Source: Octopus sinensis (taxonomy: Eukaryota). From it: a DNA stretch of 64,000 nucleotides. Location of the stretch: positions 140,864,001-140,928,000 of the forward strand of contig NC_043000.1 of the NCBI RefSeq assembly GCF_006345805.1. The letters run 5' to 3'. The notes under the pieces are model-generated. The model was not told the DNA's origin, searched no databases, and saw nothing but the letters and a program-made list of their open reading frames with translations. Below are positions 38,270 through 51,394 of the stretch, piece after piece (within the stretch, counting starts at the first letter, position 1; each line of letters starts with the position of its first letter). The position numbers and the translations under genes are program-made.

Positions 38270-38495
38270 AATATTAAAATTACTAAGTCTCTATAACGGG
38301 AAGGTTTACGAAAATAAACAAAAGACGAAGGCAGGTGGAGTACAAACAAATAATGTATTAGTATGGCGCTCAGGAATAGAAATAAAACAAGTCTTTTACG
38401 TTTCGAGCCTACGCTCTTCGACAGAAAGATACACAGAAAAGAAACAAGGAGAGAAATAAGGAGAGAAAAAAAATTGCTTGTAGGGGCTAACGATA
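38270..38495 (-). mobile_element. PLE pLTR-like repeat with a minimal hammerhead-like motif (38392-38429)
   Basis: Minus: TCTTT CTGTCGA A GAGC GTAG GCTC GAAA CG T A AAAGA; abuts (TA)n at 38231-38265. Confidence 0.65.
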
Positions 38496-39781
38496 CACAT
38501 AGTCAGGTTTATATGAATATTCTTCTAAACATGTGTAATTAAACAGTTCTACATCTTTAATTTATTTGCAATTAAATGTTTTCTATTTTCTAATGGCTCG
38601 CTAATGTGTTTTTCTGGTTTCCACTGCTTCAAAATATTAATTTTCCTGCATTGAAGGTGATATGAATGGTTCTAAGTGCACCATACCTTACTTTCTTCAT
38701 GATGTTCAAGAATCACAATGATATTTGAAATTAATGTACGGACCATACAAAATTGCTTCAGTGTATTGCATATCACATTTCTGAATGGCTGGGCATTTCA
38801 AATTCTTATCTATTAATTCCAGAATTTACCTCTATTGCTGAAACGAACTCTCTTGGAATTAACTTTTGCTTTATATTTTCAAAATTTAGATTGATTTCAC
38901 ATGGAGGATAATATAAACACAACCACATACATGTACATGCAAGTATGAATTTTATGCTTTACGTATACTTTCTATATTTGTAGCAATGGTGAGATAGGCT
39001 TCTGAATATACTCGTATCATTTTTTTTTCTCTGTGATCATATATTGTTAGTTAGAACAGAATATTTGGAAAAAGCATGTGTTTTTATGAAAATAACAATG
39101 AAACATAGTAGGAATGTGTGAGGAAGAGAGGGACAATAACTAATACACAAGAGGAAACTGAAGAGGATGAATAAGATGAAGAGAGAGAAAGAGGTGAGGA
39201 AATGAAACAGGAGACATTCAATGATGGCTAATCATATGCTATACAAAGAGGTGTGGAATTGCAGAGCAATGACACACACACACACATACATACATACATA
39301 CATACACACACAAATATTGACAGAAATACACACTGTAGTTTATGCTGTTAGTATCCCATGTTGAATATTTATTTTGTAAATATTCAGATATTTTCAAGAG
39401 ATAAACAAGCAAATGAATTTATTATAAGAATTGCATCTAAAATTCTATTTAAATTAAAATGAACAGTATTTTACAAACAAGGAAACAGAAACAAAAAAAT
39501 TCTTTGAAATTCTATACAAATTCTTGCCATCTTTCTCAATGTACTTTACCACAGCTATCCATGAAAGTCCCCAAACCAACCTTTTCTGCCAAGCTATATA
39601 TTATATATTGCTTTAAATGTGTAGACACAGACATGGATATATTAGAACTTTGCTTTGTGCCCAGGTTCACCCATACTATATTGCATGCATCTTGAGCAAG
39701 TGTCACCTACAAGAGACTTTGGTTAAGCAAAACCTTATATGAAGAATTGGATGATGGAATTTGTGAGAAAGTTTATTAAAT

Positions 39782-40188
39782 AGGCGCAGGAGTGGCTGTG
39801 TGGTAAGTAGCTTGCTAACCAACCACATGGTTCCGGGTTCAGTCCCACTGTGTGGCACCTTGGGCAAGTGTCTTCTGCTATAGCCCCGGGCCGACCAATG
39901 TCTTGTGAGTGGATTTGGTAGATGGAAACTGAAAGAAGCCTGTCGTATATATATATGTATATATATATATGTATGTGTGTTTGTTTGTGTGTCTGTGTTT
40001 GTCCCCCTAGCATTGCTTGACAACCGATACTGGTGTGTTTATATCCCCATTACTTAGTGGTTCAGCATAAGAGAACGATAGAATAAATACTGGGCTTACA
40101 AAAAGAATAAGTCCCGGGGTTGAGTTGCTTGATTAAAGGCGGTGCTCCAGCATGGCCGCAGTCAAATGACTGAAACGAGTAAAAGAGT
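39782..40188 (+). mobile_element. SINE family A, full length
   Basis: aggcgcaggagtggctgtgtggtaag...gaaacgagtaaaagagt. Confidence 0.9.
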
Positions 40189-40599
40189 ATATACAAGAAT
40201 GAGTCATATATTAGCTGCATTAGCAAGCTAAAGGCATATCAGGGGTTGAAATTTATCAAAGAGAGATTGTAAAGGAAAGGTATTATGATACCAGGGAGCA
40301 AGCCGGGAAGTGACAAAACATTCATAGTTTAACTTGTGAAATGATCCACAACAGACTTGGATTTTGTAAAGTTTATACAACTGGAATCTCAATACAACTC
40401 ACAGAATTGGACAAATTAAAATGAAGTGAAATCTGCTAACATTTGGCTTGCTGTGATAAGGAAGAGAAACCAGCTCGGAAAAACTTTTCAGTGGTGAAGA
40501 AGCATGAATATACCACTGCAAGGGGGAGAAGAACTACAAGAATATGGAATGGAAATACCTGCAATTATCATTTAGGTAAAAGTTTAAATCTTAAACATC

Positions 40600-41530
40600 A
40601 GAAAGAGAGTTAGACTCATAGTTTTTAGTTTCATGCAAGACCAGTACTGGTGTTTTATCAGGATAAGAGCAGAGCAGCACATAATGCTCATTATAATAAG
40701 ATGCTGAGTATGAAAGTAACGTCTACAATTCAAAATAAATGGAGAGGGTTACTATTGAAAGATGTTATGTGGTTGAATGACAATATTTATCATCTTACTG
40801 CGTGCCATTGGAAAAGTCAGCAAATTGGGTCAATGTGTTCCTCACAAACTTTCTGAGTCTAATCGCATGCAGAGAGTGAATGTGTGCTCTTCCTTGCTGT
40901 TACATCTCGTGAATGAGCCATTTTTGGACCAAATAGTAACTGGTGATGAAAAATGTGTTCTCTATAAAAATATCAAGAGCTGAAGGCAGTGGTTAGGGAA
41001 CAAAGAAACACCAGCACTCCAGGCTAAAGAAGGTTTTCACCCATGTAAGGTGTTGTTGTCTGTTTGGTGGGATATGTAAGGTTTAGTCTGCTTCGAACTT
41101 TTAAATCCAAACCAAATGATAACATAGGAGATTTACTGCCAGCAGTTTTAGCTGCTTATGTCAGCACTAGAAGGAAAACTACCATCTCTGATTTTAAGAT
41201 GATAGGTGTTTTTCCATCAGGATAATGCTTGACTATATACAGTGAGGATGACATTCCAAAGACTGGAGCAGTTTCAATGGGAAACGACACCCCACCCATC
41301 ATATTCGCTGGACATTGCCTTATCTGGTTATCATTTATTCTGCAGTCTTCAAAATCATTTGGATTGAAAAAATATGAATTATGTAGATGAGGTCAGAACA
41401 ATACTGGAGGAATATTTTTCTTGACAGACAAGTAAAGTTTGCAAAAGGGGCCTTACAAGTTTCCCAGATAGATGGAAGAGCATTGTAGAAAATAAGGGAG
41501 AGTATATTTTACATTAAAAAAGAACTTCAC
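40600..41530 (+). pseudogene. mariner transposase pseudogene
   Basis: VPHKLSESNRMQRVNVCSSLL...FLDQIVTGDEKCVLY; KVLLSVWWD; FFHQDNA; HPSYSLDIALSGYHLF: decayed mariner DD34D motifs with stops and frameshifts. Confidence 0.88.
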
Positions 41531-41989
41531 ACAGAAGAAATTGTTTTTTCTAACGGTGTTAACTATTTCTGGTTTAATTTTGGATTTAGAATGTTTTAAA
41601 AACTATTCTTTTTTTTGTCTTCCATAGTTGATCATTTTCAAAAGGATAATGTTTGAAATTATTGAATATATCTGGCTTAGTTTCATATTTAATATTCATA
41701 TAAAGTATTTTTTCATTTGTCTTTCATAGTTGATCATTTCCATCTTTTATTTGTAAAAGGGTAATATTTTAAACTTTCCTTTTGTCCAAATGTCTCATTG
41801 CTTACTAGAGGCAATGCTTCTGAGAGATAGATTTGTAATTTATTGTTTATGCATATTTACATGGCTCGTTAGTTTTGTCCCTGTTTTGCCAATGTAATTC
41901 TCATTTGTATTGTAGGCATATAATGCAGCAGATGAGATTTTTTTGTTTTGAAATTTATGTTTGCATTCACTTTCAATTATTTCACCTTT

Positions 41990-43380
41990 TGCTTGTTTCT
42001 TGCTCAATTATTTCACATCCTGCAACAAAGGTCTCCATAGCTTGTTAATTGTATTATTTCTGTCTCCATTGTGAATCTTGCTTTTGTTAGAAGACTCTTG
42101 AGATTCAGTGGTTGTCTTTGTTGACGGTTTGCAATTTTTCAATTCTTTGTTGAAGATTTGATGATTGATGTAGAATTGGGAGTGTCTATTGGCTGAATGT
42201 AAGATGTTGTGGTTCTTAGGATTATGGTTGTCTACAAATGGAATGTTTATATTTGGATTTTCGTTTTCACTCTTAGCATGAGTATTTCCTTCTAAGGTAT
42301 AGATTGTTATTTCTTTTGCTTTGGTTATGGCATGATTGACTTTTGCAAGTATTTCTATTTTTGTGGGAACACATTTAGTCCTACCAGTTGTTTCTCTTGA
42401 CAATTAGTAGCTGTAACTATTCAGCATATGTGTCTTGCTATATTGACTGGTACATTCCTTTTTGGTATGGAAAGGGTGGAAAGATGGAAAATCTAAATTC
42501 TGGTGTGTGTTTGTCTGTGTCATTGTAGTAAAGATGAGTAGCAACTGTTTTATTTTCTTTAATTATTAAAATTTCCAGGAAAGAGGGTTCTAAATCAGTC
42601 ATTTCTATGGGGAATTGGATCGATTCTTGAATTCTGTTTAATTTAATGAACCTCGTAAGATTTTTACTACTTTTGTTTCCAAATATGAAACAGTCATCCA
42701 AGAATCTTTTCCAGTACCCTCTCAAATAGTTTTAGAAATAATGGTAGAAAATAATTTTTGCCAGGGCATAGAGTTTTTTTTTACAGGTACCCAGTAACTA
42801 GTGAAGCAGGGCTTGGTGCGACTTTTGTTGCCATTGTTGTGACTTGTATTTATAGAAAATGGTTGTCAAGGAAGAGGTATTTAAATGTAGAGAATATTTT
42901 ACTGAACTCTTTGTCTAATATGCCTATGTAGTAAATTCCTATCAGTGGAGGGCCTTTTATTACTAAGGTGGTGAGAAGTACCCAACTTGTTCAAAAAGAC
43001 TCCACTTCTTCAATGATATTTTGAATTCTTGGAATGACAGATTGTTGCAGAAAGTAAAAAAAAAGGACCAATCACAACGCCATTAAAAAATTGATTCAGT
43101 CAATTCCTTTGATGATAAGCCATTCTTTATCTTAACTCCTAGCAAATTAACATATTGTTCCTCCATAATATGTGGGTTTTCAGGTCTCCAGTAGGTTAAC
43201 TGAGGAGGTTTTTGAGGCATTTAAATCAGCATTGAGAACATGGACTATTCTTAGAATTTCAATTTTCCAATGACAGTGCTACAAAATGCGATGGAGGCTT
43301 GATTTTGAAATGTCTAGGTTACAAATCGCTTGCTTTACTGTCATACTTGAACTCTGACAATATATTTCTAGCATCCTTTC
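41990..43380 (-). pseudogene. Penelope-like element reverse-transcriptase pseudogene
   Basis: Broken frames: DNHFL.YK..T.MATKVAPS.ASLVTGYL (GTAMGTKVAP motif), YWKRFLDDCFIF (catalytic DD), SFLEILIIKENKTVATHLYY..TD. Confidence 0.75.
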
Positions 43381-43381
43381 T

Positions 43382-43440
43382 TGCTTTGTGGGGTTTGTCA
43401 ATGCTTTGTGGGGTTTGTCAATGCTTTGTGGGGTTTGTCT
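43382..43440. repeat. 20-bp minisatellite (tgctttgtggggtttgtcaa) x3
   Basis: Read directly. Confidence 0.9.
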
Positions 43441-43444
43441 GTCC

Positions 43445-45142
43445 TTTATTTGCACACAAGGATGATTTAGCTGATTAATTTTTAGGTAATTAGATTCTAA
43501 TATCTGAAATGATAAATGGTAAATGTAACTCTGTTGATTTGATTTAGGTAAAAAAACAAATAAGCTGCAAGATTAGATAGTTAATATAAATGAAACACAA
43601 ACTGTATCTCAATGTTCAGGCTTTCTATAATTGCCCTGCTTAGCTTTACTTGTTTCAGTCATGTGACTGTAGCCATACTGGAACACCACCTTAACAGGAA
43701 CCTAGTTTAACCATTATCCAATTCACAATACTTATTTTCAATTCCTTTATCAATACTTAAAAAAATATTTTCCTATATATTTTTGAATAATTGTAGTACA
43801 AGAATTTACATCCCGACTTAATTTTCTATAAATACAAGTCACAACAATGGCAACAAAAGTCTCCTGGAATAGTTCTTGAAAATATTCTGAATGGTTACCT
43901 CTGCTTCAAGCTTATCTATAATTCAAGTGAAAGCAAGATCTGAAGATCTGCTTGAAACTGCCCCTTAAAATGTCTTTGCACTACGTTTTCAAAATTCCAG
44001 TAACACTTTAGAAAAAATATCTTTTGTTTAATGCTTTATGTGAATCCCTTCAAAACTGAAATGATGAGCACTATATTTGAGGACATAAAAATGCAGGGAC
44101 ACATTAAATGTTCCCTTATTTCAGCAAAGCATATTTTGAAAAAGTGAGCACGAAGAAAAATATTAGAATTATAGGCAGTTCAACTCCACACACTGAAACT
44201 AGGTGATATTTTTAGACATTATTTGTTTAAAATGTACATTTTATATTTATATTCCATACAGAGTTATCTGCTGTTAAAGCATGTATGCAATTTTGATACA
44301 TGCTGTATAAACATGTGTGTGCATGTGCATGTTGGTGTGTGTGTGTGTGTGTGTGTGTAAATAGGTATTTCACTTAGAAAACAGATGGTAGTTGACAGAC
44401 AACAAATATGTAGACAGAATACTAGAAAAATTTGACTCAACATTTCTATAGACGTGCAAGGACTCAGAAATCAAACTTTAACCCTTTCCACATTATACGA
44501 ATGGGCAGAAAACATGAAAGAACAACAAAAAATTCTTTTATTCTTTTACTTGTTTCAGTCATGTGACTGTAGCCATGCTGGGACACCACCTTAACAGGAA
44601 CCTAGTTTAACCCTTATCCAATTTACAACACATTTTCAATTCCTTTATCAATATTTAAAAATATATTTTCCTATATATTTTTGAATAATTGTAGTACAAG
44701 AATTTACATCCCTGTTTAATTTCCTGTTGATGCTGTTACTGTGGCCAGTGAATAATCAATTCAACACTGATGCTATAGTTTATGAAGCAGAGATGGTCTC
44801 CAACAGCAACAATAGCAACAACGAAAAGACACACATGGAAATATATTGAAGCAATGGATGGCCTTTTAAAGATCAGGCTCAATAACCTCAACACCTTTTT
44901 TTTTTATTATCCTGGAGAGGTACAATGTTACAGCATTAGACAGCTATACAGGGCAATTATAGAAAGCTTCAACATTGAGATGCAGTTTGTGTTTCATTTA
45001 TATTAACTATCTAATCCTGCAGCTTATTTGTTTTTTTACCTAAATCAAATCAACAGAGTTACATTTACCATTTATCATTTCAGATATTAGAATCTAATTA
45101 CCTGAAAATTAATCAGCTAAATCATCCTTGTGTGCAAATAAA
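43445..45142. repeat. Nested inverted (~195 bp; 43445-43638 / 44949-45142) and direct (~170 bp; 43644-43814 / 44543-44712) repeats
   Basis: Aligned by eye with few mismatches in each pair. Confidence 0.85.
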
Positions 45143-45527
45143 TGACAGAGACGGCAGAAAGTTAGATAGGAAAAGAGAAAGAAAATACATAATTTGTGAC
45201 TCGGTCGCAGCATCAACATTTACCTTCAGGTCCTATAAGGCAGCGCAAAGTAGCATGACAATTATTAGTTTGCAGAAAACAAGTATTTGTAAAATCGAAT
45301 ACATAAATTTTGCAATTGTTTTCTTTTGGATAAGACTTAAGCAAACATTTTCAACTATTGCAAATAAATACCTTGTTTCTCAAAAAAAGACTGAAACATT
45401 CTTGCCTCATTAGTGTAAATTATAGATTAAAGAAATTCATAAATATTTTATGTACAAATTAAAGTGTACATGTGTGTGTGTTTATGCTTACAAATGAAAG
45501 AAAGGAACACTCTATACCTAGTGTTTA

Positions 45528-45564
<37 letters not shown>

Positions 45565-45600
45565 TATAAATACATATATATATGTATGTATGTATGCATG

Positions 45601-45632
<32 letters not shown>

Positions 45633-45714
45633 AATACATATGTATGCATGTGTGTATGTATATATATATATATATATATATATCAAAATAAGCAACAAGA
45701 ATGACTCCGGTAAT

Positions 45715-45797
45715 TTGGTACGATCGTTTCGTACTACATCATTTTATTAAATGTAAATATTACAACAGTTTTAAAATGCCGAGCACTCATCAGCCAA
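45715..45797 (-). ncRNA. Type-I hammerhead ribozyme, intact core, long loop II
   Basis: Minus: TTGG CTGATGA GTGCT-(46 nt)-AGTAC GAAA CGATCG T A CCAA. Stem I 4 bp (extendable), stem II 5 bp with one G.U, GUA triplet. Confidence 0.75.
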
Positions 45798-46309
45798 TTA
45801 TAGAGGTTTTCCATTAATACAAAAATTTTCATATCAAGTGGCAACATTATAGAGGAGGTAGATACATAGACAAAGATGTGGATTTAAATTTTAAGAACAT
45901 TTGAAGTAGTGGAGCCCAGCAACTGACTAACTAAGATTCAGTTGTTCCAGACTACTGTAAGGGTCTGAGAGGGAAGAACAAATGAAAGGAGACAATAAAG
46001 ATTTTCTAATTATAGAAATGGGGTAAAGGGGATGTCATAGCTCCATATAAGGAATTTATGTAGAAGACAGCATCGTCACAACTAAATGCCAATTACTACT
46101 ATTTGATGAACAGATTCCGCATTAGGAGAACTAGGTCAATGTCAAATGGTCACAATAACATTCACAGAGAATGCAGAGACCTTACAAACCCTATGCATAT
46201 CATCACAACAGTTGGTCTATAAGTTCCAAGTACTTTGACACGTTAAAATAAAGGAAAAAATATAAATCTAAAATTTATTCAAATTTGAAGAAAGAGAATA
46301 TATATATAT

Positions 46310-46423
46310 ATATCACCGTGACCGACCAGCCTATCAGATGTAGTTACACATCCCTGGTCACAATGCATTCGCATTGTTTTAGCCTTCAAATGACGCCACC
46401 CCGCTGGCTAAGCGAGCAGGCCA
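46310..46423 (-). mobile_element. SINE family C 3' fragment in (TA)n
   Basis: Reverse complement of 4050-4148. Confidence 0.8.
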
Positions 46424-46524
46424 ATATATATATATTTAATGTAGGATAAAATTTTTGCTTTCGAAAAAAATTTTATCAATGGCCAGCATATTAAAAATTA
46501 CCTTTAACGGTTAAAATTATAAAG

Positions 46525-46620
46525 AACTTATAAATATGAGCAAACGAAAAAATTTCTAATACCAAATATGCCGGCATATTTGGCATTAGAAATTTTTTCG
46601 TTTGCCCTTATTTATAAGTT
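46525..46620. repeat. 96-bp spacerless palindrome centred on GCC|GGC (46572/46573)
   Basis: About 3 mismatches over 48 bp arms. Confidence 0.9.
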
Positions 46621-46749
46621 GTATATATATATATATATAATCCCATCTACTCCTCATTTCGAGCATTGAATGACAATATAAGTCTTCAAAGGCAGTTGCT
46701 ACCACAAAAGCCAAAATAAAATTTGGCATTTCTGGAGGGTCAAAGTTGG

Positions 46750-47175
46750 TAACAAAAGGAGAACATTATTTACATTTGACAGATATTTGTCCACTGCACC
46801 ATGCCAGACAAGCTGTCAGACAATTTCTGTGACCACACCGCTCCTAACATCTGGCCACCTAACTCGCCAGACTGCAAGCTCCTTGATGAATATGTGTGGG
46901 CTGCAGTTGAGTGAGAGACCAACAAAACTACTTGTAACACCAAAGATGAACTGAAGCAAGGATTACGGCAGCATTCACCAACTTAAACAAGGAGACCATC
47001 CAGAAGAGTTGCAGGAAACTTAGAAGTCGCCTGGAGGCTGTGGTTGAAGCCAATGACGATTTTATTGGATAAATTTACTCTTTAGTATTACAAGATACTT
47101 TAAAGTAATTTTAGTAAATATATCTGTTGAAATGAGATGTCAGCTTTATATTCATTTGAGCATAATTTAGGTGAC
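46750..47175 (+). pseudogene. Tc1/mariner-superfamily (maT-like) transposase C-terminal remnant
   Basis: WPPNSPDCKLLDEYVWAAVE...CNTKDELK..ITAAFTNLNKETIQKSC...RSRLEAVVEAN. Confidence 0.8.
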
Positions 47176-47234
47176 AATTTATTCACCACACCCTCTGTGT
47201 GTGTGTGTATATATATATATATATTCAGATGGTA

Positions 47235-47597
47235 CGATATTATCCATACAATTTGAAAATAAGGTGATTAAAATGAAAATAAGCAACAAGGATATCCAGA
47301 GGTAATGCAGTACAATCGTTTCATGCAACTCCATTTAATTGAACAATGCAATCATTACATCAATTTATAATGTAGAGAAAACTTCAGCTGCACAAAGACA
47401 TAGAATTTAATTAAATCAGTATGCTGAAGTAGAGACAACATTTCATTTCTAATTTAATTAAATTTTATGTCTTTGTGCAGCTGAAGATTGTTCTACATTT
47501 TAAATTGATGTAATCATTGCATCGTTCAATTAAATGGAGTTGCAGGAAACGATTGTACTGCATTACCTCTGGATATCCTTGTTGCTTATTTTGATTA
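47235..47597. mobile_element. Fold-back PLE pLTR pair carrying two divergent hammerheads (47306-47392 minus, 47476-47562 plus)
   Basis: Arms 47275-47415 / 47450-47595 are reverse complements. Plus copy: TGCAG CTGAAGA TTGT...GCAG GAAA CGATTG T A CTGCA. Confidence 0.75.
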
Positions 47598-49054
47598 TAT
47601 GCATATATTAATGTATGAGGGTGTATTGTCTATAAATAAATATATTTGCTTATCTTAGAAGTCTCAGTTGATATATATTTGTTCGTATGAATGACTAACA
47701 TTTCCAGTGTATAACAATTAGAATCCAAAGGACTAGAGAGCAGTATTATTCAGTTCAGAGTTCATTATGCCTCAATAAATAGTGTTTGATAATGATTGTC
47801 AGAGTAGGGGAGCAACAAGTGCACTGTGCTGTATTGCACAGTTTAATGAGATAGAAAAAAATGAAGAACAAATGGGAATTCTAAGGTCATGGTGCACAAA
47901 GAGCCTCTTGACCTTATATAAAATTCAAACGAATATATATGATATATATATCTAGAACTACATTCCAGAATTATAATGATTAGCCCTAATATTAAAAAAG
48001 CTATCTTCAATTTTTTGTTTCCATCATCTTCATCATCATCATCACCAATGCCCCCAGCAAAATTACCATTGTCATCTTCATCATCAGTGGTGGGGGCAGC
48101 AGTGGTTGCAGTGGCAGCAGCATAGGCGTCAGAATTGCCATTGCCATCATTGTTATAATCATCATCGTCATCATCATTTAACAAATATCTTCCATGATGG
48201 AGGTTACTCTCTGTTATGCCATAAACCATGCTGTCTGTTATATTGTAAACCTTGCTATTGATAAAGTAAATCTTGTTAGTGATAAAGTCAACCTTGTTAT
48301 GGTTAATTTTATCAATCCAGCCTTCTTGGACATTCATAATAAATATCAAGATGTTCCATTGTTCCTTTCCTTCCCATTTCTCAAAAGTCTACAGGGCTGA
48401 TTGTTGCTTATGCTTATCACTTGTTTGTAGATACTTCTGATAACTGAGAGGTTAAGCAATTGATTCTACTCATCTACCCTAATGCATTAATAAGATTTAA
48501 AAACAAAAGATAATAGATGGTCGGTATTTAAGTCAGAGAATCAGAGACTAGATGATCTATCAGAGATGGGAATGGTAACAGCTTAAAGATGATATCATAC
48601 AGCATCATCAAACATTTATTTTACAGTAAAGTAATCGATTTTTCCTCCACATCATCACCATTATTCATACACATTTCCTGTCTAGTCTGAATGTGTCTCT
48701 CAGTATTTAAACGCCTGTCATAGTAATAATTCCTCTGATACACACAGCAGAGAAATTCATCAATCATTGTGTGCCATATCCTTTTGTGGGATGAGTAGAA
48801 CTAGCATGGTTTTTATGAAAGGATGTCCTTTCCATCCCCAGCCACTTTCCAGTAAGTATTCATTGTACTTTATCATACCACTAGAACTAGAGATGTCATT
48901 TGCATCAGGACTAAAGTAGCTTCTCCACTCTCTATATATTCTACTATTATAGAATTCCTCTTTGAAATCAAAACATTTCAATTTTTTCTTCACATATTAT
49001 GTTGAAGATCTATGCAGTGGGCTGTTTTTCTTATTGATATTTGTTATTAATATA

Positions 49055-49457
49055 CTCTTTACTCTTTTACTCTTTTTCTTGTTTCAGTCATTTGACTGCA
49101 GCCATGCTGGAGCACTGCCTTTAGTCGAGCAACTCGACCCCAGGACTTATTCTTTTTGTAAGTCCAGTACTTATTCTATCGGTCTCTTTTTGCCGAACCG
49201 CTAAGTGATGGGGACGTAAACACACCAGCATTGGTTGTCAAGCAATGCTAGGGGAACAAACACAGACACACAAACATACATATATATATATATATATACA
49301 TATATACGACAGGCTTCTTTCAGTTTCCGTCTACCAAATCCACTCACAAGGCATTGGTTGGCCCGGGGCTATAGCAGAAGACACTTGCCCAAGATGCCAC
49401 ACAGTGGGACTGAACCCGAAACCATGTGGCTGATTAGCAAGCTACTTACCACACAGC
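49055..49457 (-). mobile_element. SINE family A
   Basis: tactcttttactcttttac...gtttcagtcatttgactgc...cttaccacacagc. Confidence 0.88.
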
Positions 49458-49519
49458 TTTATTTACCTAACTATATTGTTTTCAAATTTTGGTGCAAGAT
49501 CAACAATTTCAGAGTAGGA

Positions 49520-49680
49520 CCTAAGTCAATTAAATCAACCCTACTGGTACTTATTTTATTGACCCCAAAAAGATGAAAGGCTAAGTCAACCTCAGCAGAA
49601 TTTGAACTCAGAATGTAAAGAGAGACAAAGTGCTGCTAAACATTTTGTCTGGTGTGCTAATGATTCTGCCTGTTTACTGT
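49520..49680 (-). mobile_element. SINE family B, degenerate
   Basis: gatgaaaggctaagtcaacctcagcagaatttgaactcag. Confidence 0.75.
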
Positions 49681-51394
49681 CTTATGTACTGAACTATGTT
49701 ACTTCAAAAAAATATTAACCCAAACACAATACAAAAGATGACATGTATAAAGGTTTACTGCTGTCTGAAATGAGTGGTTAAAAATTAAAAATTCAGTCAT
49801 TGTGCTGTAAGCTTAAGCAGAGCACATAACATAGAATATTGTCTGTCGCCGTAACTGAAAATAAGCTACTCCATAATGACAATTATAAGTGGCCAGTGAT
49901 AAGAGAATTGTCTGGCTTCATCAAAAGCATCCCCTTTAGTTAGCAATAGAAATGGATGCAAAACTATCCCATAAAGAGGGAGGGAGAGAGAGAGAGAGAG
50001 ACTGACAGACAGATAGACAGACAAAGAAGGAGAGAGAAAGAGAGAGAGAGACTAACAGACAGATAGACAGACAAAGAGGGAGAGAGAAAGAATAATCTGA
50101 AACTTTGACATGTTACACAATTACTGTAATTGTAAGCTTTGATATGTTACTGCAGCCAATGTTTATTATGAGGAGGTACCAAATGTTTTTTTTCGCTTTT
50201 GAAGTAGTTATATGATTTCAGAAGTTGCATTGTGTTCATACCCAAAATATCGAGGAAGTCAGTGAACTTATTGCAATTAGAATAACAGGTTTGGAATTGT
50301 AGGTTTACATTTGCAAAACCATGTCATTTAAGAGTTACTGATTAAGCACTATCACTCATTCAAACTACAGCTGCCTTTCCCCCCATCCTTAATTCTTTAA
50401 TTAGGAAGCCATAAAGTTCATTCATGTATTCTGTTATTAATTGCCAATATAGTTTGAAAAGAATCATGGGCGTAAATAATCTAATAGCTGAGGGAAGAGT
50501 GAATGGTAAGGTCAACAGAGCATTATTTGATGGTTCTCTCAACTTGCATGGATGCACCAAATATGCTGTGTGATAAAGACATATGTAATGATAAATGGCT
50601 CTCCAAAATAATAGAACTTGAAAAGTGGCCAGGAAGCAATTTCTCCTTCATAAAAGATCACTGTATATTACTGGATAAAAGCCAGATATATATACCTGAT
50701 CAGCCAAATTCGCATGGCCCAATCAAAACTAATATATAGTCATAAAATATATTTTCCAAGTATTTCTTATCATTGAACACAGGCTTTGGTGGTGGGGGCA
50801 TGTTTAAACATTTTTCTTGCTAACACTATTCCTCCACTGAACATGGAAAGATAAATTTATTACAAATGTTAATTCTCAAAATTAACTTATGATGTCTGTC
50901 TGTCTGTCTATGCCCATGTACTGATGCACATGCTTGCATCAATACACACATGCATGCAAAACCATATGACCACGTCTGTACACCTGCATATAGATCTATA
51001 TACTTGTACATGCTGTCCCTTCCTACTCCCCCCATCAACAACCTGACCAGTTTCCTAATCACTGTGTTGTCTATTTCCTGTCCTCCACGTGGTCAGTTTC
51101 CAATTCACAATGTGGTATTTTCCAACTAGCTGTTACTCATATACCGACATGAAACCACAACACTATGTGACTTTCCTTGACCAATCGCAGCCCACCTTAT
51201 GATAATAACAATCAACTTCTGTCATTCAAATTCAGAATGGCTGACGACTAGCATCACAATCTCTCCAATCTTGCTTGCCCTACCTTTCAATGTGCCTACA
51301 TTTACAGTGTCAACTCTGAAAACTGGGAAAGAGATATGGGAGGTAATATAGGAAGGAGAGCTGATATTCGGCACCTGTAAAGTAGGTTCCCATG

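Noticed and set aside
38680-38790. Minus-strand exon candidate (cag|..NVICNTLKQFCMVRTLISNIIVILEHHEESK|gtatgg) and short plus-strand candidates near 16160, 17716, 17994 and 22798
   Set aside because: Weak polypyrimidine tracts, unrecognised peptides, no consistent exon chain.
47843-48349. Longest ORF in the track (168 aa, D/A-rich)
   Set aside because: Openness is due to GAT/GCT trinucleotide runs; no recognisable domain or convincing splice context.
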